From Pseudomonadota bacterium (GTDB lineage Bacteria; Pseudomonadota; Gammaproteobacteria; Steroidobacterales; Woeseiaceae), in the NCBI GenBank assembly GCA_038533035.1, contig JBCAZN010000001.1, positions 1 to 35,074 of the forward strand: a stretch of DNA of 35,074 nucleotides. Direction: 5' to 3'. Positions 19,179 to 26,285 of the stretch are shown piece by piece. The translations under genes were made by a program, and so were the position numbers. Position 1 is the stretch's first letter, and every line of letters starts with the position of its first letter. The notes under the pieces were generated by a model. That model saw nothing but the letters and a program-made list of their open reading frames with translations, did not search any database and was not told the origin of the DNA.

Positions 19179-19579
19179 CTGAACGCAGCGGGCATGAAGA
19201 TGGCGGCCAGGCCGAGCAGGACCACTGCCCACAGAAGCAGGCCGAGCAGTAACCAGACGTAGTTCGCGGCGGTCAGCTTGCGATTCGAGGCGCCGTTCGG
19301 GTCGCTGCAGGCGGCATTGATCGCTTTCTGGGCAGGCACCAGCAACGCGGGCAACACGAACCACAGCGACGCGCTGAACAGAATCACCCAGCCGGAGATC
19401 AGCGCTTCGGGCATGACCCGATCGGCCACCCGGTTGATGATCGTGAGCAACACAAACAGCGTCGCGATCAGGTTTGGCGACCAGCTGTAGTCCGGATCCT
19501 TATCGCGCAGGCGCGTATCGACGTCCGTGAACAGCGAATGCGTGAAGAAGATGTAGAAGATGCCGCGAGAGCTTAGCAT
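19175..19579 (-). CDS. Hypothetical small integral membrane protein (about 3 TM segments)
   Basis: 134-aa ORF with strong GC3 bias like neighbouring genes and three hydrophobic segments. No start codon other than ATG 19579 exists upstream before an in-frame TAA, and no SD is visible. Family not recognised. Confidence 0.5.
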   Translation of the reverse strand: MLSSRGIFYIFFTHSLFTDVDTRLRDKDPDYSWSPNLIATLFVLLTIINRVADRVMPEALISGWVILFSASLWFVLPALLVPAQKAINAACSDPNGASNRKLTAANYVWLLLGLLLWAVVLLGLAAIFMPAAFS

Positions 19580-19599
19580 CGAAACCGGCGCAAAACGCT

Positions 19600-19628
19600 T
19601 TGTCGATTGGCGGCGACGCCTTTACTAT
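19600..19628 (+). promoter_or_regulatory. Candidate sigma70 promoter for the RDD-MoxR operon
   Basis: TTGTCG (19600-19605), 17-nt spacer, TACTAT (19623-19628). Each hexamer matches consensus at 4/6. It lies in the divergent intergenic region and inside the longest RDD ORF, which favours the downstream TTG start. Confidence 0.25.
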
Positions 19629-19667
19629 GGGCCATGGCTCGGGGCGCCCGGCGCAAGAATTGATCGA

Positions 19668-20351
19668 TTGCTTTTAGACACCACCTATAACATCGATACA
19701 CCGGAAGGCGTCGAGCTGCGTTTGCCGGTCGCTGGCATCGGCTCGCGCGCACTGGCCTGGCTGATCGACGCATTCATCAAATTTATCGCCCTGATTTTCG
19801 GTTCGATCGTGCTCGCCTTCCTCGGCAACTTGGGCCAGGGGCTGACGCTGATCGGAATCTTCCTGATTCTCTGGTTTTACAACGTCCTGTTCGAGGTGTT
19901 CGCACACGGCGCGACGCCGGGCAAAAAGGTGATCGGTCTGCGCGTCATGAATGCCAACGGCACACCGGTTGGCTGGTCGGGGTCGTTGATCCGCAACCTG
20001 CTGCGCTTCGTCGACACGCTGCCGGGCTGTTACCTGTTTGGCTGCGTGGCCGTCATGTTGAGTCGCAATTTCCAGCGCCTCGGCGATCTCGCTGCGGGCA
20101 CGGTTGTCGTCTATGCGGAACGGGACACCGGCCGAGCCTCGCTTGCCGGTGTCGAGCCTAGCCCGGTCAAGGTACCGCTGACTCTTGATGAACAGCAGGC
20201 CGTCGTCAGTTTCGGCGAACGTGCGCCGCGCTTGAACCGCGATCGCGCCGAGGAGCTTGCAGACCTGATGTCGCCGGTATTCGGCGACGTGAATGCCGAG
20301 GAGCTGCGCAGCCATGCTGCGTGGTTAGCCGGTGGCGAGGTGAGCCGGTGA
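19668..20351 (+). CDS. RDD family membrane protein
   Basis: TPEGVELRLPVAGIGSRALAWLIDAFIKF (R...D of the RDD motif), 3 TM segments, GATPGKKVIGLRV, and LGDLAAGTVVV (final D). TTG 19668 gives an N-terminus MLLDTTYNIDTPEGVEL like other RDD proteins. The alternative ATG 19560 would overlap the divergent gene's start by 20 nt. Confidence 0.8.
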   Translation: MLLDTTYNIDTPEGVELRLPVAGIGSRALAWLIDAFIKFIALIFGSIVLAFLGNLGQGLTLIGIFLILWFYNVLFEVFAHGATPGKKVIGLRVMNANGTPVGWSGSLIRNLLRFVDTLPGCYLFGCVAVMLSRNFQRLGDLAAGTVVVYAERDTGRASLAGVEPSPVKVPLTLDEQQAVVSFGERAPRLNRDRAEELADLMSPVFGDVNAEELRSHAAWLAGGEVSR

Positions 20352-21334
20352 AACAAGAAGCCTTCGAGGCCCGCTACAAGGACGACTGGCAACAGTTCGA
20401 GGAATGGATCGCGATCATGACGGCCGGACGCCGCGCCGTCGCAAACTCCGGCGAACAGGACAACATTGCCAAAGGTTTTCCCGCCGCGTATCGGCAGGTT
20501 TGCCATCACCTGGCGCTGGCGCGCGCACGGCGCTACAGCGTCGGCCTGCAGCAGCGACTCAATCGGCTCGCACTGGATGGACACCAGTATCTGTACCGTG
20601 CCCGGACACCGATTTTCAGTTCCATGCTGCGCTTCGTCGCATTCGGCTTTCCGCAGGCGTTCCGCAAGCAGTGGCGATTCATGCTCGCGTCGGCCTTGCT
20701 GTTCTGCGTGCCGATAGCGGGCATGTCGGTGGCGGTTGCGCTGGACCCGGACCTTATTTACTCACTGATCAGCCCCGGCCAGGTTGCCAGCATGGAAGAG
20801 ATGTACGACCCGGCCAACGACGTGCTTGGACGCGAACGCGAGTCCGACACCGACGCACTGATGTTCGGTTTCTACATTGCCAACAACATCGGCATTGGCT
20901 TTCGAACCTATGCCGGCGGGCTCGTATTCGGTATCGGCAGCATGTTTTTCCTGTCGTTTAACGGGCTGTACTTCGGCGCGGTCGCAACACACCTGACGAT
21001 GGCCGGTTTTTCCTCAACCTTCTGGCCGTTTGTGTCAGGTCACAGTGCGTTCGAGCTGACCGCGATCGTGATCTTCGGCGGTGCCGGGCTGATGCTTGGC
21101 ATGGCGGCCGTAGCACCGGGGCGCAAGTCACGCTGGCACGCGATTCGGGACCGGGCGATGGAAAGCATGCCGCTCGTCTACGGCGGTACCGCGATGCTGG
21201 TTGCGGCAGCATTTGTAGAAGCGTTCTGGTCGTCAACGACCTGGCCACCCATCAACCTCAAGATCGTGGTTGGCATCTCGCTCTGGCTGATAACGATCAT
21301 TTACTTCAGCCTGATGGGTCGCCGTGAATCTTGA
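20348..21334 (+). CDS. SpoIIM-like (stage II sporulation protein M / DUF95 family) integral membrane protein
   Basis: N-terminal soluble helical region, then a polytopic core with family hallmarks (FYIANNIGIGFRTYAGGLVFGIGSMFFLSFNGLYFG; GHSAFELTAIVIFGGAGLMLG). GTG 20348 forms a GTGA overlap with the RDD stop. GTG 20321 is an alternative start. Confidence 0.8.
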   Translation: MKQEAFEARYKDDWQQFEEWIAIMTAGRRAVANSGEQDNIAKGFPAAYRQVCHHLALARARRYSVGLQQRLNRLALDGHQYLYRARTPIFSSMLRFVAFGFPQAFRKQWRFMLASALLFCVPIAGMSVAVALDPDLIYSLISPGQVASMEEMYDPANDVLGRERESDTDALMFGFYIANNIGIGFRTYAGGLVFGIGSMFFLSFNGLYFGAVATHLTMAGFSSTFWPFVSGHSAFELTAIVIFGGAGLMLGMAAVAPGRKSRWHAIRDRAMESMPLVYGGTAMLVAAAFVEAFWSSTTWPPINLKIVVGISLWLITIIYFSLMGRRES

Positions 21335-22838
21335 GTCGGTAACGGCCGAGCTACGGCCGCGCGGTGCGTGGGAAGCCGTCGACTTCGGGGCGCGCATGGT
21401 GCGTCGTGATGCAGGCGTGATCTACAAGGTCTGGTTCGCGACCACGCTGCCGTTCTTGCTGTTGGCCACACTCGGCATTATTTACCTGGATTCGCCCGGC
21501 TGGGTGCTGATCGGGTTCTGGTGGCTCGAGCCGGTGTTCGGCGCGCCAATTCTGTACATCATTTCACGGCGCCTGTTCGGTGAGCCGACCGACGTGCGTT
21601 CCGCCATTCGTGCGACGCCCGGCCTGGCGCGCCGCAACTGGATATTCCTGCTTTCGCCGCTGCGCTTTCACTTTGCCCGTTCGGTCGCGATGCCGCTAGT
21701 GCAGCTGGAGCAACTCAGCGGCGCACGTCGTCGTGCCCGCGCGAAAGTGCTCAACCAGGTCACGCTAAATCACGGCATTGGCGTAACCGCCGCATACCAG
21801 CATCTCGCGCTTGCGGTGTACTTCGGCATCATCCTGCTTGGCTTTGCATTCGTGCCGGAGGCCTACCAGGAGTCACTCGGGCTGAGCTGGTTCGACAACT
21901 TCAGGGACGATCAGGATGTTGCGTCCGCGGTGCTGAACCTCTACCTGTTTTATATCGCGCAGACCTTGTTGCACCCGTGGTTCGTCGGTGCGGGCTTCGG
22001 TCTCTATATCAATTGCCGCACGATGCTCGAAGCGTGGGATATCGAGGTGGCGTTCCGGCGCATGCTGCAGCGCCGCGCAAATCGTCTCGGCAGAGCGGCG
22101 TCGGCAGCCATGCTGGCGCTGACGGCCGCGATCGTGTTCGTTACCTTGCCGGGCGAGTCGAGCGCCGCCGAAGCGCGCATCGAGCCGTATTGGGACGAGG
22201 AATACATAGCGGACGCTGTCGACGCGGTTTACGAAGACGACTCGATGCAAACCACTGAGGTGCGCGAAGTCTGGCGTTCGCTCGACGATCAGGAGGAGGT
22301 TGTCGACGATGGCCCTGAGCTTGACGGTCTTGGTGAGTTTTTTCGCGACGTCGGCAAGGTGATTTCATTTATCGTCGAGTTCGGACTCTGGATCGTGATC
22401 GCGATGATTCTCATCGCGCTGGTTATGACGGCGGAACGGTGGCTGCCTTACTTGCGGATGGAGCCGCGCCTGCGAAAACAACGCGAGCGGGTGATCCTGT
22501 CAACCGGCGAAATCACAGCCGAAACGCTTCCCGACGACCTGCCTGGCAGCGTCATGGCGCTCTGGAAAGAGGGCAATGCGCGCGAGGCGCTCAGCCTGCT
22601 GTATCGCGGCAGTGTTTTCGGGGCCGTGCATCGCCACGGCGTGCGGTTGCCGAAAAGTGCGACCGAGGGCGACTGCGTTACCGCGGTCGACGAGCAGACG
22701 GCTGACACGCACGCCTCGTTCTTCTCACGCGTGGCCTACGCGTGGGTGTGGTGTGCATACGGTTCGACGTCGCCCGCCGAAGAGGCAATGCAGGCGATGT
22801 GCAGTGAATGGCCGGCACACTACGGGGCGGCCGAATGA
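21324..22838 (+). CDS. Polytopic membrane protein with a C-terminal DUF4129-like domain
   Basis: 504 aa. Several TM segments in the N-terminal half, an acidic linker (DDQEEVVDDGPELDGL), a further TM segment, then EALSLLYRGSVFGAVHRHGVRLPKSATEGDC, which resembles the DUF4129 signature. GTG start with an 11-nt overlap on the SpoIIM-like gene. Confidence 0.65.
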   Translation: MNLESVTAELRPRGAWEAVDFGARMVRRDAGVIYKVWFATTLPFLLLATLGIIYLDSPGWVLIGFWWLEPVFGAPILYIISRRLFGEPTDVRSAIRATPGLARRNWIFLLSPLRFHFARSVAMPLVQLEQLSGARRRARAKVLNQVTLNHGIGVTAAYQHLALAVYFGIILLGFAFVPEAYQESLGLSWFDNFRDDQDVASAVLNLYLFYIAQTLLHPWFVGAGFGLYINCRTMLEAWDIEVAFRRMLQRRANRLGRAASAAMLALTAAIVFVTLPGESSAAEARIEPYWDEEYIADAVDAVYEDDSMQTTEVREVWRSLDDQEEVVDDGPELDGLGEFFRDVGKVISFIVEFGLWIVIAMILIALVMTAERWLPYLRMEPRLRKQRERVILSTGEITAETLPDDLPGSVMALWKEGNAREALSLLYRGSVFGAVHRHGVRLPKSATEGDCVTAVDEQTADTHASFFSRVAYAWVWCAYGSTSPAEEAMQAMCSEWPAHYGAAE

Positions 22839-23971
22839 GGCCGATGACGATTACATTGCTCGTCATACTCGGCATCAGCCTGATGGCGGGCTGGTTTTTC
22901 GCGACTCACGAAAAGGTCGAAGAGGAGCAATGGGTCGGGTTGCGCGGCGAGGCCCGTATTAATGATTTCTACGCGGCTGAGCTGTTATTGCGTGAGCTCG
23001 GCTTCGAAGCCGAGTCGCGGCCGACGCTGACGCCGACAGAATGGCTGCCGAGCTCGACGGACACGATCATCCTGCGCCTGACGCCGTCGATCACGATCGG
23101 CGATGAACGCAGCGGTTTGCTGGACTGGGTCGGTGCCGGCGGGCACATCGTGTTCCTGCCGCCGCTCGAAGAGACCAACGACGTCGAGTCGTTTCTGGAA
23201 GAGTTTGCGCTCGACATCGCCTTTGTCGACGAGCCCGAAGACGATGAGTTTGATGAAGAGCCATCGTCCGACACCGGCAACCAGCACGACAACGAATACG
23301 CCATCGAGGCGATGTGGGATATACAGCAGATCAAGGCGATCGGTGAGCCCGACGATATCGAGGTCATTCGCCACCACGGTCGGATATTTGTTGCGCGGCG
23401 CCCCTACTACGACGGTTTTGTCACCCTGCTCGCCGACGGTGAACCATTCGAGAACCTGTCAATTGGCACCGGCGACAATGCGCGGCTGTTTGCCGATGTC
23501 GTCGTTGGCACGCTCGAGCCCGGCAAGGTGTGGATTACGTTTGAGACCAGCTTTGCACCGCTCTGGAAGATCATCTGGCTGGCAGCGCCCTTTGTCGTGG
23601 TTGCCATTGCGCTATTGCTGGTGCTGTGGATCTGGCACGCGATGCCGGCTTTCGGCCCGAAATCTGCCGGCGAGGCAGCGTCGCGCCGGTCAATTATCGA
23701 GCACATTCGCGCCAGCGGCATTTTCACCTGGCGCAAACACGGCGCGGGCCACCTGATGGAAAGCTCAACGCAGGCGCTGGTGCATGACGCCGACGCCAAG
23801 CATCCCGGGTTGTCGAAACGCTCGGCCGAAGAACAGGCGGCGGTTATCGCGCGCATTACGGGGATGCCCGCCCAGAAAGTAATGGATGCCCTGCACGGGC
23901 ACCCCGATCCGAAGCATCGGGAATTCACGCACAGCATGCAGAAACTGCAATCAATAAGGAAAGAGTTATGA
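22835..23971 (+). CDS. DUF4350-like bitopic membrane protein
   Basis: N-terminal TM segment (MTITLLVILGISLMAGWFF), a periplasmic domain with FYAAELLLRELGFEAES ... LLDWVGAGGHIVFLPP, a second TM segment (IIWLAAPFVVVAIALLLVLWIW) and a cytoplasmic tail. ATG 22835 forms an ATGA overlap with the upstream stop; the track ORF starts at 22808. Confidence 0.7.
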   Translation: MRPMTITLLVILGISLMAGWFFATHEKVEEEQWVGLRGEARINDFYAAELLLRELGFEAESRPTLTPTEWLPSSTDTIILRLTPSITIGDERSGLLDWVGAGGHIVFLPPLEETNDVESFLEEFALDIAFVDEPEDDEFDEEPSSDTGNQHDNEYAIEAMWDIQQIKAIGEPDDIEVIRHHGRIFVARRPYYDGFVTLLADGEPFENLSIGTGDNARLFADVVVGTLEPGKVWITFETSFAPLWKIIWLAAPFVVVAIALLLVLWIWHAMPAFGPKSAGEAASRRSIIEHIRASGIFTWRKHGAGHLMESSTQALVHDADAKHPGLSKRSAEEQAAVIARITGMPAQKVMDALHGHPDPKHREFTHSMQKLQSIRKEL

Positions 23972-24942
23972 CGGAAGCAACGGACCAGTTTGCCGCGTTG
24001 CACGGCAAGATCGCGGCGCTGCGCAAACAGATCGAGCGCGCCTTTGTCGGACAGGCGAAGGTCGTCGATGAGATCGTCATCGCACTGCTCGCCGGCGGCC
24101 ACGTTTTGCTCGAGGGCGTGCCGGGTCTCGGTAAAACGCTGCTCGTGAAAGCCATGTCGTCAGCGTTCGGCGGCAAGTTTTCGCGCATCCAGTTCACGCC
24201 GGACCTGATGCCGAGCGACGTCACCGGGCACGCGATCTACGACCCGAAGACCGAGTCGTTTCGTATTCGACGCGGACCGGTGTTTGCCAACCTGCTGCTT
24301 GCCGATGAGATTAACCGTGCGCCGGCGAAAACCCAGGCGGCACTGCTCGAGGTGATGCAGGAAAACCAGGTGACCATCGAGGGCAAGTCCTCACCGGTGA
24401 CCAAACCGTTCATGGCGGTCGCAACGCAGAACCCGGTGGAGCACGAAGGCACCTACCCGCTGCCCGAAGCGCAGCTCGACCGCTTTCTTCTCAAGGTGCT
24501 GATCGAGTACCCGGACCAGGCATCGGAAAGCCAGATCGTGTCGGCGGTTACGACCGGCCACGTAGGCGATTCACTGAATGTCGATGCGGTGCAAGCGGTC
24601 ATGAGCATCGAGGACGTCATCGCGGCGCAGTCGCTGGTTGCGGCAACCCGGGTCGATCCCTCGGTGATTGATTACGCGGTGCGGATTGCGAGAGAAACGC
24701 GCCAGGCATCGGGTATTCGCATGGGTGCCGGACCGCGTGGTTCGATCTCGCTGGTGCGCGCCGCGCGCGCGGCGGCGGTCGTCGCGAACCGTAATTTCGT
24801 AACGCCCGATGACATCAAGCAGGTGGCGGTGCCGGCGTTACGGCATCGCATCGCACTGGCGCCGGAGCTCGAGATCGAGGCGTATCGCCCGGACGATATC
24901 CTCGCTGACATTCTTGAGCATGTGGACGCGCCCAGGTCGTGA
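23968..24942 (+). CDS. MoxR-family AAA+ ATPase
   Basis: Walker A GVPGLGKT, Walker [25 protein letters not shown] sensor region, GPRGSI and LRHRI near the C-terminus. 324 aa. ATGA overlap with the upstream gene. Confidence 0.95.
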   Translation: MTEATDQFAALHGKIAALRKQIERAFVGQAKVVDEIVIALLAGGHVLLEGVPGLGKTLLVKAMSSAFGGKFSRIQFTPDLMPSDVTGHAIYDPKTESFRIRRGPVFANLLLADEINRAPAKTQAALLEVMQENQVTIEGKSSPVTKPFMAVATQNPVEHEGTYPLPEAQLDRFLLKVLIEYPDQASESQIVSAVTTGHVGDSLNVDAVQAVMSIEDVIAAQSLVAATRVDPSVIDYAVRIARETRQASGIRMGAGPRGSISLVRAARAAAVVANRNFVTPDDIKQVAVPALRHRIALAPELEIEAYRPDDILADILEHVDAPRS

Positions 24943-26246
24943 TACCCCGCCGCCCGCTCTTTGTTCTTACAGGCGTCCTCGCGGCGCTTGGCCTGCTGGT
25001 GGCAACAGGGCTTGTGCCTGCCACCTACTGGTGGGTAGCGGGCGGGCTGGTTGTTTTTGCAGCACTGGCCGATGTGGCGGCAAGTCGTATCGCGGTGGTG
25101 CCGGGCGTCGAGCGCAAAGCGCCAGGGTCGATGTCGCTGTCGAGCTGGTCGAGTATCGATCTCAATATTCGCAACGCGTCGAAACAGCAGCGGCTGCGTG
25201 CCCGCGTGTTCGATCATCATCCGGAAAGTTTTCAGGTCGACGGCCTGCCGCGTGAAATTGACGTACGCGCCGGGCATTTCGCCGACCTCAAATATCGAGT
25301 GCGACCGACGCGGCGTGGTGCTTACTCGTTCCCCGGTGTGCAACTCAGAATCGCGTCGCCGCTGGGCCTGTGGTGGCGACTGAAATTCGTCGCGGTTGCC
25401 GACGACGTGCGCGTATACCCAAACTTTTCGACCATTTCGAAGCTGTTGGCGTACGAGGTCGACAATCGCCTGCAGCTTGCGGGAGTACGCCTGAGTCGGC
25501 GTCGCGGCGAGGGCATCGAGTTTCACCAGTTGCGCGATTATCGTGAGGGCGACAGCCTGCGCGCGATCGATTGGAAAGCGACAGCGCGCATGTCGCGCCT
25601 GATTACGCGCGAGTACCAGGACGAGCGCGACCAGCAGGTGGTGTTCCTGCTCGACACCGGGCGACGCATGCTCGCCAAGGACGACGACCTCAGTCACTTC
25701 GACCATGCACTGAACGCCATGCTGCTGCTTAGCTATGTGGCGTTGCGACAGGGCGATGGTGCTGGCGTCATGACGGCAGGGCCGCAGCGATCCTGGCTGC
25801 CGCCGCGTAAAGGGCTCGATGCGATCAACGATATTCTGAATCACGTCTACGACATCGAGCCACAGCAGGTTGAGGTCGATTACCTGGCCGCCGCGACGGA
25901 ACTCGCCGTACGGCAACGGCGGCGCTCGTTGATTGTGATTCTGACCAACGTCCGCGAAGAGGACTCCGAGGACCTGCGCGCCGCAACCGGGCTACTGCGC
26001 CGTCGCCACCTTGTCATCCTCGCGAGCCTGCGCGAGTCCGCGCTCGATGAGATGCTTAAGAAGCCGGTGCATGGATTCGATGAGGCGCTGGCGTATGCGG
26101 CAACCAACCAGTACATGGAGGCGCGCCGCGAATCGCAAAACCTGCTGCGCGCTCGCGGTGTTTTCGTCGAGGACTGCCTCTGCCAGGACCTGCCGTCAGC
26201 CATAACCAGTCGTTATTTGGCGATCAAGCGCTCCGGCCTGCTGTAG
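24939..26246 (+). CDS. DUF58 family protein (vWA-like partner of MoxR), N-terminally membrane anchored
   Basis: GTGA overlap with the MoxR stop. Two N-terminal TM segments. DUF58 signature FHQLRDYREGDSLRAIDWKATARMSRLITREYQDE followed by a vWA-like beta-strand VVFLLDTGRRM. Confidence 0.9.
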   Translation: MIPRRPLFVLTGVLAALGLLVATGLVPATYWWVAGGLVVFAALADVAASRIAVVPGVERKAPGSMSLSSWSSIDLNIRNASKQQRLRARVFDHHPESFQVDGLPREIDVRAGHFADLKYRVRPTRRGAYSFPGVQLRIASPLGLWWRLKFVAVADDVRVYPNFSTISKLLAYEVDNRLQLAGVRLSRRRGEGIEFHQLRDYREGDSLRAIDWKATARMSRLITREYQDERDQQVVFLLDTGRRMLAKDDDLSHFDHALNAMLLLSYVALRQGDGAGVMTAGPQRSWLPPRKGLDAINDILNHVYDIEPQQVEVDYLAAATELAVRQRRRSLIVILTNVREEDSEDLRAATGLLRRRHLVILASLRESALDEMLKKPVHGFDEALAYAATNQYMEARRESQNLLRARGVFVEDCLCQDLPSAITSRYLAIKRSGLL

Positions 26247-26285
26247 ACCTCCTGTATTATTGGCTCCCCATTCGAGGGAGCCCTC

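Noticed and set aside
26247-26285. A 7-bp hairpin (GGCTCCC/GGGAGCC) between the DUF58 gene and the S9 peptidase gene, considered as an operon terminator or SD-sequestering element.
   Set aside because: The stem is short, there is no U-tract, and the right arm coincides with the probable SD (GAGGGAG) of the S9 gene. That is too weak to call either way without transcript data.
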